Source: Eledone cirrhosa
Lineage: Eukaryota
Direction of reading: 5' to 3'
Length of the DNA: 64,000 nucleotides
NCBI GenBank assembly: GCA_964016885.1
Contig: OZ024740.1
Coordinates: forward strand, 298,158,001-298,222,000
Of the stretch, positions 52,881 to 64,000 are shown piece by piece. The notes below the pieces were generated by a model. The model worked only from the letters and a program-made list of their open reading frames with translations, was not told the origin of the DNA and did no database searches. Numbering within the stretch: position 1 is the first letter of the stretch; every line of letters begins with the position of its first letter. The position numbers were made by a program, and so were the translations under genes.

Positions 52881-53336
52881 TAATGGAGAGAGGGGGGTGG
52901 GGGTAATTTTTCTAGGTTGTCTTCCTTGATATTTTTTGTAAACCAGAATTAGTCGCTCAGTTTACATATTGAGACTCCAACCTATCCTATTTATTTTATA
53001 ACATATGGGGTTTTTTGTAATGTACTTTTTTTGTCATGTGTAATGTTTTTTTAATGTCTACAGAAAATTAATTGTTACAGAAATGCTACCACTTAAAATA
53101 AAATTTCGCCGTGACGATGATGATATATAAATACATTTCGCACATAACATCATGTCAAACTAAACTAAACATCATAAGAGACTTCATGGAAAAGTTTGAT
53201 AAGTTTAGTTTATGTGAGGAGTGTAGAATCTAAGATTTCAGACTCTTGCTTTTCCTATGAGTTAGAAAAAAAAAGAGAGAAAGTCACTTTGGTTGTAGGC
53301 TATTAAAGCTGTGTTTAAATCTCTTCTATTCTCCAG

Positions 53337-53419
53337 GTTATCCTTGGGACAGTTACTTCCCATTTTCTTAAGCTGGGTGAAGAACACCAAGTTGTTATAG
53401 TTGGAAACATCCCAACAGG
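53337..53419 (+). CDS. SLC26A5-like: SLC26 coding exon 6 (83 nt)
   Basis: VILGTVTSHFSKLGEEHQVVIVGNIPTG; ctccag|...|gtaagt; ends in phase 2. Confidence 0.95.
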
Positions 53420-54505
53420 GTAAGTCACTTTAGTTAAACAACAGTGTCCTGTTACAGAGATATAATGTTAATGTGGATTGATGATATATACTGGGTGAGA
53501 AAAATATCAGGAGTAGAGGAAGAAATTTATCTATCACCCTCATCATCAACATTATCATTTAACGTCTGTTTTCCCTGCTAGCAAGAGTTGGACAGGTCAT
53601 TACAGACCAAGTCAGTACTTATTCAGAGCTACTGAACCCTCAGACAGGCTGGGAGTCCACATCTTGCTTATTCATGTACCCACACTCTACAGAAAACCAG
53701 GGAGAATGTCTTGTCTTTAAGAAAGCTGAAAAGTCCTCTTGACTCTTTGAATAGAAAAAAAATTACTTCAAAGACCTTATTAAGAAGCTGTATTGTGAGG
53801 GTAAGATTCTGAGAATGTTAGGCTTCACTGATGAGATGATAGAGGATTGACCCAGTGTGGAGACATGATGGATGTATTAGATCTCTACATTATCTGGCCT
53901 GCTCTCTTCCATGTAAGATAGTTGGCATTAGGAAGGGCATCCGACCATAGTAAACTTACCAAATATGGAACGTTATAAGTAAGATGGGTTGCTCTGACCC
54001 CTCTGGTCTCAGATCATGACAGCCCATCCAACCCATGCCAGCATGGAAATCAGGCATAAAATGATGATGATGATATTGTCAAAAGATTTTACAAATTTTA
54101 TTATTGCAAAATGTTGTAATGATTAAATTTTTTCTCTTTAATTTAGTTGAAAATTTTATTTTGCACTAATTTAAATATTGAAATTTTACTAAATCTAAAT
54201 ATTCTGTAATCATTAAAATTAGAAATTTCATTTTCTTTTTTTTTGTTTTCAAAAAATATTAAACTTCTATTTTTACTGATATTTTCACAAAGTTTACAAA
54301 TTTCAATTTGGTTAAATTTTAAAATTATATTTTCAGTAAATTCAAATTTTCTTTTTTCAATTTAGTTCAAAATTATATTTTGCCTAAGATTAAATTAAAG
54401 ATTCAGATTTTTACTTAATTTAATTTTTACACTTTAATTCATTTGAAAATTCCATTTTATATTAAACCAAATCAAATTGTCTCTTATACATTCACATTGT
54501 TTCAG

Positions 54506-54653
54506 TATTCCAGCACCTTCACCACCACCATTTAGCTACTTGTCAGCTGTTGTGTCAGATGCCATAGCCATATCTATTGTAGCTTTTGCTATCAATGTGT
54601 CTATGTGTAAGATGCTGGCTAAGAAGCATGACTACGATATCAACCCCAACCAG
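54506..54653 (+). CDS. SLC26A5-like: SLC26 coding exon 7 (148 nt)
   Basis: IPAPSPPPFSYLSAVVSDAIAISIVAFAINVSMCKMLAKKHDYDINPNQ; tttcag|...|gtaata. Confidence 0.96.
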
Positions 54654-55423
54654 GTAATAACAACTTGTATACCTTTGTGTAGTGGATGTTAATATGTGAT
54701 ATTTTTTGTTTAAATGAAAGTGCCTCTTATATTTTTTACAGATTAATGTGAAACTTTTAACAATGTGGGTGGGGACAATCAGTCTTGAGATATATATATA
54801 ATGTTCTATAAATTACCATGTTGCTCTTAAATGTGCTGCATGAAAGGTTTAAACTAAGCATATAAAAGGCATATACCCTATGGCCTTGTAGGAAGGCTCC
54901 TGAGTGAGCTGAAAGTATATCTGACCTTTCCCTATGGATAACCCTGTGGATAGCAACGGTTATGCTCTTGATGAAGTGTGGTAACTTCAAGAAACAGGTG
55001 TTGGAAGAATCCATCCATTTCTTGGATATGGAACCCCAAAAATGACTGGTGGCAGATGTTAGGTATCTCTTGGCTTCCAGCACTTGTCGGCGAAATTTCA
55101 TTTAAGTGGTAGCATTCCTGCGATAATTTTAGTGGGTTGGGTTTATGTGGTAATTTATTATGTCACTGATATAACAACATTGTAAATATCAGAAATATTT
55201 ATTTAACCCTTTTGTTACCAACCAGGCCAAAACTGGCTCTGATTTTATGAAATAAAGCCACCCATTTTAAAGGTTTCCAATTTAAATTAAAATCTTCCAA
55301 CATAATTTTGTATAAGAGCTTACATTAAGTTACTATCTCAGTAATGAAATAATTGATAATTTTAGTATATCCCTCGAAATGCTTCATTAATTAATTGAAA
55401 TAGATTGTATTTCATTAGAAATA

Positions 55424-55592
55424 CAAAGGGGTGCTGAAAAGTTTTTGGCTTTGGGTAAAAGAAAATACAGGAAGATCTGTTAATTATGATTTTATCCAAC
55501 ATATTCCCCTCTCAGATTCACACACTTATTGCAGTGGTCCTTCAGTTTTTCTAAGCCTGTAAAAAGAACTCAGAAGGTTGGGCCTTCAACCA
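55424..55592 (-). mobile_element. Truncated copy of the mariner MITE
   Basis: Reverse complement of about 35777-35958, starting TA|caaaggggtgctgaaaagt. Confidence 0.8.
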
Positions 55593-55613
55593 TATATCTG
55601 TTCTGTGTTGCAG

Positions 55614-55727
55614 GAATTACTCGCTTATGGTTTCTGCAATATCTTCAGTTCCTTCTTCTCAGCCTTTTGCAGTGCTGTCTCACTCTCAAGAAGCCTTGTC
55701 CAAGAAAATGTTGGTTGTAAGACTCAG
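55614..55727 (+). CDS. SLC26A5-like: SLC26 coding exon 8 (114 nt; TM9-TM10 anion-binding region)
   Basis: ELLAYGFCNIFSSFFSAFCSAVSLSRSLVQENVGCKTQ; ttgcag|...|gtaata. Confidence 0.97.
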
Positions 55728-56019
55728 GTAATATGATGGGCATCTACTTTATTTCCTTTTTTTGTTCAATGTAAAAAACATTACTGAACTACTTATATCA
55801 GTGATTATTTTGACAAGCAGTTGACCTCTGCTTCTTTACTTTTAAATCTAACACTGTGCATGCAATAATTTTAAATTTTGTGTAAAATATTACATGTGCT
55901 TACATACTACCAAGTCATACTTGATTGTGAGTGACATCTGTTGATAGGTTTTTTGTTAGCTAACATAATATAAACATGCTGTCCTACTTTATTAACTAAA
56001 CATCTCTCTGTTATTGCAG

Positions 56020-56097
56020 GTGACTGGTTTATTCTCATCGGTGCTGATTCTAATAGTACTTCTGGTTGTTGGACCCCTGTTCAGAAGCTTACCAAAT
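56020..56097 (+). CDS. SLC26A5-like: SLC26 coding exon 9 (78 nt)
   Basis: VTGLFSSVLILIVLLVVGPLFRSLPN; ttgcag|...|gtgagt. Confidence 0.96.
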
Positions 56098-56409
56098 GTG
56101 AGTTATATAATTTCACCTCCTCATGTTATGTTGTATTGGAGAATGAAATAAGCCCCCATCAGTTTCAGTAATGAGGAAATAAATTTAAAAGATGTAGGAT
56201 GCTCAAGCACAGAAAATAACTGCAATTGCAATCAGTTGCAATAAAATAGCTTATAGAAATCGGGTAGGAAGGCATTCCTTAAATCAATCAGATTCTACTA
56301 CTTTAAAAACAGACAGACACATGGAATAATATAATTGTTTCTACTTTAGGCACAAGGCCAGCAATTACCCAGTGCATTACTGGTACTTAATATGAGTGTG
56401 TTACTTCAA

Positions 56410-56620
56410 ACGATACAATGATCATAGCTGGAATTCCAGTTGAATGTACTTCAACAGACTACCAGCATGCCATAAACCTACTCATTCATTGTTGCAGAGC
56501 TGGCTGCCCACAGATGCGAGCCCACGAAGTGGAGTGGCTGTTCCAGCGTGTTTCCCTCGCTGTCGTCCAGGGCAATGTATTCTTCATCCTGTTAGCCAGG
56601 ACTCAAAGGTGGAAGGTAAA
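56410..56620 (+). mobile_element. Old CRE-clade LINE 3' fragment
   Basis: RAHEVEWLFQRVSLAVVQGNVFFILLA. Confidence 0.65.
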
Positions 56621-56690
56621 TTAGTTAGTATTGGAGGATACTCATTCGGACATCACTTACACAGATCTAGAGTGCCTTTTTTAACTGTTA

Positions 56691-57500
56691 CTAGCAGAAA
56701 AACCACCCAAAGGGTGGTTTTCTGCTAGCATGTGTAGTGTGTATATTGATATACACAAGTATATATACATGTAGATATGATACATCAAATAAAATCGTAA
56801 TTGACAATAAACACAGAAATTGAACGAAGACTGCGTTACATTGTCTTATGTAATCAGTAACGTAAGCCATGATGCATTAAAAAAAGACGATATTATATAT
56901 AAACTGCATTAGGAGAAAATTAGTGACGGAAATATATGAATATTTATTTAAGTTATCGCTAACCGGAAGTGTTGACATTTGAAAATTTTAAAGAAGTGAT
57001 TCTTAAAATAAGCCACAAAATTATTTATATTTAATCAAGAATAACGAAATTTAGATAAATTATGTAATATTCATTCATTATTTATTCAAAGTAATCCAAT
57101 GGCTTAGTGGTTAGAGCATTGGCCTTGCAATCGAAAGGTTGTGAGTTCAATTCTCAGACCGGGTGATGTGTTGTTTCCTTGAGCAAGACACTTTATTTCA
57201 CATTGCTCCAGTTTACTCAGCTGTAGAAATGAGATGATAGGGACTGGGGTCCCTATCATTCCACTGCAAAGTGGTCGTGTAGGTGCCACGACAAAAAAAG
57301 CACCCAGCACTCACTGTAAATGAGGTTGGTGTTAGGAAGGGCATCCAGCTGTAGAAATCAAACCAGAATCAGTTCCCGTCCCACCCTTGCAAGCAGGGAA
57401 AAGCGGACGTAAAATGAAATGATGATGATGATGAAATGAATCCAACTTATTTTACAAACGGGGTAAAAATATATATTCTGGACGCAGTTTATAGTTTAGA
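56691..57500 (-). mobile_element. Non-autonomous Helitron with a nested SINE
   Basis: Minus strand begins A|TCTAAACTATAAACTG (57500) and ends with hairpin AAACCACCC-ttt-GGGTGGTTT...CTAG|T (56691). Confidence 0.65.
57100..57438 (+). mobile_element. Young tRNA-derived SINE A with RTE-type tail
   Basis: A-box TGGCTTAGTGG and B-box GTTCAATTCT; tail ccttgcaagcagggaaaagcggacgtaaaat(gat)n shared with RTE family 1; candidate TSD aatccaa (57093-57099 and 57439-57445). Confidence 0.9.
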
Positions 57501-57844
57501 TATAAAGTTTCTGCCAGGAGTTGCAACCGGTAGATAGTATCAGCAATGGAAAAACCAATGGAGACATTATTTCCTTGATCCGATTTGATGAAGTCCACCT
57601 CACTCAGCAAGCAATAGATAGTTACTATAATTTAACGATGACATTGATTTGAATGCTAACAACCATCCCCTTCACTGTTTAGTATAAATTAAACATCAAA
57701 AGAGCTCTTACTTGATTCAAATTTCAAAAGTGTAATGTACTCAAAAACTTCCACCAGTTTCTTCATTTCAGCATTTTACTTCAATATTTATTCTCTTGAA
57801 TTGTTTTTAATCCCTTCTCTTTCTACCTCTTTCTCTCTTTCCAG

Positions 57845-57940
57845 TGTGTTCTTGCTTCAATTATAATTGTGGCCTTGAAAGGAATGTTTCGACAGTTTAG
57901 CGAACTTCATCGTCTTTGGCCTATCTCAAAAATAGACTTT
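57845..57940 (+). CDS. SLC26A5-like: SLC26 coding exon 10 (96 nt); gene continues beyond the window
   Basis: CVLASIIIVALKGMFRQFSELHRLWPISKIDF; ttccag|...|gtaagt. Confidence 0.96.
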
Positions 57941-58022
57941 GTAAGTTATTAGAGTTATGCTTATTTAGCAAGGGATTTTATCTGAGATCCTGTGTTGAAT
58001 CTGAAATAGTTACATTGTGATA

Positions 58023-58185
58023 GTTTCGACGGCTATTTCTGGAGTCCAGAAATAGCCGTCGAAACGGCTTGAGCTCTGCCGTCGGGGTCATACATTTTCC
58101 TATTACCCACTTTACTACCCTAAGTATTGAGTACTCTGGTGCATTATGGTCCATCTGGTTCCTTACCACAACTCCTTCGTTTTAT
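58023..58185 (+). mobile_element. Second copy of the palindromic Penelope-like pLTR fragment
   Basis: Highly similar to 5773-5935; GAAA CGGC ttgagctct GCCG TC. Confidence 0.7.
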
Positions 58186-58189
58186 ATAT

Positions 58190-61100
58190 ATCATCATCAT
58201 CATCATTTTACGTCTGCTTTTCCCTGCTTGCAAGGACAGGATGGGTCTTATTTAGCACAGCATCTCTCCACTTGTCACGGTCCTTCGTCATCTCCACCGT
58301 GAACTTCAGTGATCTGAGGTCTGTTCTCACCACCTCCGCCCATGTTTTTCGTGGTCTACCTCTACCACGTCTTCCTTCAACTGGCATTTCCTGGCACTTC
58401 TTCACCCATTGGTCATCCTCCATGCGCATCACATGTCCATACCACCTCAGTCTCCTCTCTCGCACACTACATTCTATCCCTCTCAGGCACAGTTTCTCTC
58501 TCAACACATTGATGCTGGGTCATTCACGCACATTGACATAGCACATCCAACGGAGCATGCTTGCCTCATTTCTCTCCAGCCGTCACATATCCTCTGCAGT
58601 TGCTGCCCATGTCTCACTACCATGCAGCATTACGCTCCTCACACAGGCATCATATAACCGGCCTTTCGTACGCAGGGAGAAACCCTTCTTCGTCAGCAGA
58701 GGAAGCAGCTCCCTAAACTTCTTCCAACCCGTCCTTATTCTAAATACTATGGCCACGGAACACCCCCCTCCCATGCTAATATGATCTCCTAGGTACCGGA
58801 AGCTATCCACCACTTCTATAGCACCCGCCTGCATTTGAAAAATGTGTCTATCAATGCGACTCCTACTGTCTAATTTCCCTGTACATCTACTGCATACGTA
58901 TTTCTCCCTAACTGTTAGTTTGCCTGCTATCCCACTACATCTCTTGTGTACCCAAGATCTGCATTGTGTGCATTTTATAGAATTTATGCCAGTTCCTTTT
59001 CTGCATATCGAACAGGGCCATTTCCCTGACGGAATCAGAGTTTTGTCCTCTTTTCTACTCATCAACACTTTTGTCTTAGCTAGGTTCACTCTCAGTCCTC
59101 TTGCTTCCAACTGCTGTTTCCATAGCCAGAATTTATTCTCTAGCTCCTCTACTGATTCTGCTATAAGAACCAGATCGTCAGCATAGAGAAGTTTCCATGG
59201 ACAGCCAGTCTTAAACTCCTCTGTTATGGCTTGGAGGAGTATAATGAACAAGAGCGGGCTGAGGACCGAACCTTGATGTACTCCTACTTGTATCTGGAAT
59301 TCCTCACTAAACTCCATTCCTACCCTGACTTTACTGACAGTACCTCTGTACAAAGTTTGCACTGTCCTCACAAGCCATTCCTCAACAACTAGTTTCCTTA
59401 GGGACCACCAGATGACAGATTGGGGTACCCTATCAAAGGCCTTCTCTAGGTCAACAAAGGCTAAGAATAGTGGCTTATTTTTCTCTAAGAACCTCTCTTG
59501 TAATTGTCTCACCAAGAAGAGGGCATCTGTTGTACTCTACCCAGGCACAAAACCAAACTGCATCTCATCTAGTTTGACCGTTTCCCTAATTAGTTGTGCT
59601 AATATCCTTTCTGCCACTTTCATAACCTGATCCATCAGTTTTATACCCCGATAATTGCTCCTCTCCAGAGCATCCCCTTTACCTTTGTAGCAATTTATGA
59701 GAATACTGCTGCACCAGTCTTTGGGTATGACACCACCATAAATAGCCTGATTGATGATGCATGCAACCAGTTTAGTGCCTACGTCCCCTGATGCCTTCAG
59801 CATCTCAGCAACCATCCCCGATGGTCCAGCAACCTTACCATTTTTCATTTCCTTAATCACCTCTTGGACCCTATATTCGTCAATCTCAATAGCTGGTCCC
59901 TCTGTCGGATCTACTGGGGGTAATTTCTCTCTCTCCCATTCGTTCTCCACATTCATCAGTCTCTCATAATGACATTTCCAGGCCTCTTTTTCTGATCATT
60001 CGTGACACTAAGTACACCGGCATCATTCCGGACACATTTATCTCCAACAACATCCTGATTTGCATTGACACACTCTCTTGCAATGTGGAACACTGCATGC
60101 CTCTGATCTTCCCGTCGCAGAACATTGGCAATCCTCCTACTCTCAGCCTCCCTGCATGCTAAGTACACCTGACGTCTAGCTTCTCTCTTAGCGGCTGTAT
60201 ATCCTTCTCTACTCCAACCCTTTTTCCAAGCCTTCCATGCTAGTCTTTTGTCTCTAATGGCCTTATCTACTGTGCTGTTCCACCACCAGGTCACTCTCTG
60301 TCTGGTTGGAGCTTTGCTCCAGCCACAAGTTTCATCAGTAGTCTGCAGTAAGTTGTCACGTAAGAAATTCCAGTTATTATCTATGTCATACAACTCTAAA
60401 TCGTCTTCTTTTTTGTCATACACATCTTGAATGGCTTTCCTAAATTTGTATTTTAGTGAAACGTCTTTTAGCTTCCAGACCTTTCTTCTCCACACCTTCC
60501 TGTATGTCTCATTCCATCTCTTGCTTACTGAGATATCACTAACGACTAACCTATGCTGTGGGGTACATTCTTCCCCAGGGTATGCCTTGGTATTAGACAC
60601 TATCTGCCTGTCCCGCTGCCTAACTAGTAAGAAGTCAATCTGGCTTATGTGCTCGCCAGATTTGTAGGTTATTAGGTGGTTGGCAGATTTCTGGAAGTTA
60701 GTGTTGCAAATAGTCAGTGTACTTGTATCACAAAATTCAAGAAGTCTCACTCCTTCTTCATTTCTTGAGCTGTAACCGTGCCCACCATGTACCCCAGTGT
60801 AACCATCCTGGAGCTGTCCAACATGACCATTGAAGTCCCCTGCTAGCATAACGATGTCTCCGTCCTTTGTCATTGCGGTTGTTTGTAAAAGTTGCTCGTA
60901 AAAGCAGTCTTTCTCTTCTTTGCCTAGGCCTGCTTGGGGAGCATAGGCAGAGATGATTATCAGTAGTCTCCTGCCTACAACTAATCAAAGCTTAATTATT
61001 CGATTACTAACTCAAACTACCTCTATTGTCGTATTTATCCATCTCTCAGCCAGGAAAATGCCTACTCCCCCTAACCCATCATCCTTACCTACCCAGAAAA

Positions 61101-61470
61101 GCTTATAGCTAAGATGTTTGCCTACGACTAGTCTCACAGAGGCACCTCTCCATCTCACCTTTTGCACACAGCACACATCCACATGCCTTCTTTCCAGCAT
61201 CTCCGCTATTTCAACAGATCTACCTCTGAGAGTGCCAACATTAAGTGTTGCAACTCTGAGATGCGACGTCTTCATATTTTGTTGTTCCTATAAACTTGTT
61301 GCTGTGCTAATAATCGTTTTGGCATTGATACACTGGTTGGATGCCCTTCCAAACACCAGCACCACTTTACAGCATGGACTGGGTGCTTTTATTTGTGCCA
61401 CCAGCACTAGAGAGTATGTCTTACTAGACTCAAGGGCCCTCTCTACCCCTCCATTTTACAGCATGGTCAT
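58190..61470 (-). mobile_element. Near-full-length RTE LINE family 1 (APE endonuclease, RT, C-terminal region), ORF disrupted
   Basis: ATG at 61275, MKTSHLRVATLNVGTL; AGDFNGHVG; QIDFLLV; QHRLVV; FVDLEKAFDRV; GVHQGSVLSPLLF; LLYADDLV; (CAT)n tail at 58190; several stops and frameshifts. Confidence 0.96.
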
Positions 61471-61473
61471 AAA

Positions 61474-61474
<1 letters not shown>

Positions 61475-61521
<47 letters not shown>

Positions 61522-61812
61522 ATATGTATATGTGTGTGTGTGTGTGTATGTGTATATGTGTGTGTGTGTGTATGTATATATGTGTGTGTATATGTATATG
61601 TGTGTGTGTGTGTATATGTATATATGTATGTGTATGTATATATGTATGTATATGTGTATGTATATGTATGTATATATGTATGTATATGTATGTATATATA
61701 TATATATGTATATGTATGTATATATATGTATGTGTATGTATATGTATGTATATGTATATATATATATGTATGTGTATGTATATATATGTATATGTATGTA
61801 TATATATATATA
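61475..61812. repeat. Compound TA/TG microsatellite
   Basis: Direct observation. Confidence 0.95.
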
Positions 61813-62063
61813 CATAATGACGATGAATTTGTTTTGCAAGGTTTTTGATATGAAATCGTGTGTCGAAACAAATATTGTTATAGTTGGGGAGGGTCATATT
61901 GTTGTAATAATATTGCCAGAAATAATAATAGAACACACACACTGTTTGGTTGATTTTCACCTCTGTATCTTTTATATCTCCATAGTTAATTCATTCGGCC
62001 ATCAATGTTTATCATTGATTGACCGACGGTCAAAAATACAGATATAAATACAGATATATAGTC

Positions 62064-62107
62064 TAACAAAGTTCTTTCGTTGCACATCTGCAACATCATC
62101 AGTGGTA
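62064..62107 (-). ncRNA. Minimal type I hammerhead motif
   Basis: Minus strand: TACCA CTGATGA t GTTGCA-gatg-TGCAAC GAAA GAAC TT TGTTA. Confidence 0.55.
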
Positions 62108-62469
62108 CTATTATGTTCCCTCCTGTTGTATTGTCTAGACATACAATATATGTATATATATGCATGTATATATATATATATATATATATATATCATCATC
62201 ATCATCACTGTTTTACGTCCATTCTTCCATGCTAGCATTGGTTAGACGGGTTGTCCCATTGTGGGCAGTGTCTGGTCGGCTGACCATGCCTTGCTCATAC
62301 AAGAACTGATTTTGGCTTGATTTCTACAGCTGGATGCCCTTCCTAACATCAATCTCATTTACAGTGAGTGCTGGGTGCTTTTTTCCGTGGCGCCTACACA
62401 TATATATATATATATATGTATGTATATATGCAAGCAGCAAACAGCCACAGGAAACAAGTACCACCAAAC

Positions 62470-63400
62470 TCTGGGAGGGCTCTGTAGAAACAGTAGACAG
62501 CTTCCGCTACCTAGGTGACCGAATTAGCAGCGGAGGTGGGTGTTTGGAAAGTACAATAACTAGGGTAAGAACGGGATGGAAGAAGTTTAGGGAGCTACTG
62601 CCACTGTTAGCTGCACAAGGCTTCTCCCTCAAAATGAAAGGCAGACTGTATGATGCGTGTATACGAACAGCAATGTTACATGGTAGTGAGACCTGGACGC
62701 TGTCTGTGGAAGACTTGTGCAGATTAGAAAAAAATCAAGCCTGCATGCTCCAATGGCTGTGTAATAGTAATATACGCAAATGGCAAAGCATAAATGAATT
62801 GGGAGAGAGACTGAGCATAAGAGGAATCAAATGCTGTGTGCAGGAGAGGCGGTTGCATTGGTATGGACATGTGATGCATATGAAGGAGGACAGCTGCATA
62901 AAAAGGTGCAGAGCACTAGAAGTCGATGGAAACCGCGTAGTGGGGAGACCCCAGAAGACCTGGGATGAGTTGATAAAAGCTGACCTTACCCAATTACACC
63001 TCTCAAAGGCGATGACACACGACCGTGACCTCTGGCATCACGCAGTAATACAGAAGCCCCCCCCCCCCCCCCCCAACACACACAGGTACAAGCCGAAGCT
63101 GAAGCATATAGACAATATGTCCCCACACCCTCCCACTGCAAAGTGGTCGTGAAAGTGCCACGGCAAAAAAGCACCCAGCCCACACTGTAAAGTAGACGTG
63201 TAGGCGCCAAGGAAAAAAGCACCCAGCAATCACAGTAAATAAGGTTGGTGTTAGGAAGGGCATCCAGCTGTAGAAATCAAGCTAGAATCAGTTCCCGTAT
63301 GAGCAAGCCATGGTCAGCCGACCGGACACTGCCCATAACAGGACAACCCGTCTAACCCATGCTAGCGTGGAAGAACGGACGTAAAACGGTGATGATGATG
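62470..63400 (+). mobile_element. 5'-truncated RTE family 2 LINE with SINE-like 3'UTR
   Basis: EGSVETVDSFRYLGD...RRLHWYGHVMHM...GRPQKTWDELIKADL, then the SINE-core module and a (GAT)n tail. Confidence 0.9.
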
Positions 63401-63414
63401 TATATATATTTATA

Positions 63415-64000
63415 TGCCCTTCCTAACACCAGCCACTTTACTGTACTGGTAGCTTGGGTTCTGTGGCCGGGTGCCCTTCCTAACACCAGCCACTTCACTG
63501 TACTGGTAGCTTGGGTTCTGTGGCCGGGTGCCCTTCCTAACACCAGCCACTTCACTGTACTGGTAGCTTGGGTTCTGTGGCCGGGTGCCCTTCCTAACAC
63601 CAGCCACTTCACTGTACTGGTAGCTTGGGTTCTGTGGCCGGGTGCCCTTCCTAACACCAGCCACTTCACTGTACTGGTAGCTTGGGTTCTGTGGCCGGGT
63701 GCCCTTCCTAACACCAGCCACTTCACTGTACTGGTAGCTTGGGTTCTGTGGCCGGGTGCCCTTCCTAACACCAGCCACTTCACTGTACTGGTAGCTTGGG
63801 TTCTGTGGCCGGGTGCCCTTCCTAACACCAGCCACTTCACTGTACTGGTAGCTTGGGTTCTGTGGCCGGGTGCCCTTCCTAACACCAGCCACTTCACTGT
63901 ACTGGTAGCTTGGGTTCTGTGGCCGGGTGCCCTTCCTAACACCAGCCACTTCACTGTACTGGTAGCTTGGGTTCTGTGGCTTGTTGCCCTTCCTAACACC
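63415..64000. repeat. Homogeneous 57-bp tandem array (about 10 copies, runs off the window) derived from the SINE/RTE core module
   Basis: Unit tgcccttcctaacaccagccacttcactgtactggtagcttgggttctgtggccggg; no spacers. Confidence 0.95.

Noticed and set aside
54100-54480. Extremely AT-rich tract as a structured element or organellar insertion
   Set aside because: No periodicity, termini or recognisable gene content seen.
57100-57165. tRNA genes (also at 938 and 45843)
   Set aside because: A and B boxes are present, but they continue into repeated SINE bodies without a complete cloverleaf.
58208-61275. Active RTE element or domesticated RT gene
   Set aside because: The ORF is split by multiple stops and frameshifts.
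63352-63999. CRISPR array, or 19-aa repeat protein ORFs
   Set aside because: Units are identical with no spacers and no cas genes are present. The ORFs are open only because the 57-bp unit is a multiple of 3 and lacks stops in those frames.
57941-64000. Next SLC26 exon (TM13-14) or STAS domain
   Set aside because: No matching peptide with splice sites was found; it presumably lies downstream of the window.

Overview
AT-rich, repeat-dense animal genomic DNA. The SINE, RTE and microsatellite content suggests a cephalopod (Octopus-like); this is an inference. The one host gene is a + strand SLC26/SulP anion transporter (prestin/pendrin/SLC26A6-like). Ten coding exons can be spliced in frame from 31568 to 57940 with GT-AG boundaries; the remaining exons, including STAS, lie beyond the window. 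The rest is transposon debris: a near-full-length RTE LINE (58190-61470) plus many fragments, R4/Dong-like and CRE-like restriction-endonuclease LINE ends, a Penelope GIY-YIG element, several Penelope-type hammerhead ribozyme motifs (some within long palindromes), non-autonomous Helitrons, mariner, hAT, pogo-like and piggyBac-like elements, tRNA-derived SINEs and microsatellites. I see no clearly new multi-gene system. The most interesting signals are: one sequence module shared by an RTE 5'UTR, the 3'UTR of a second RTE family, SINE bodies and two tandem arrays; hammerhead-centred foldback palindromes; a sharp drop in CpG near 22.6 kb implying upstream untranslated exons; and exon sizes matching human pendrin. 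Repeat boundaries are approximate, read by eye.
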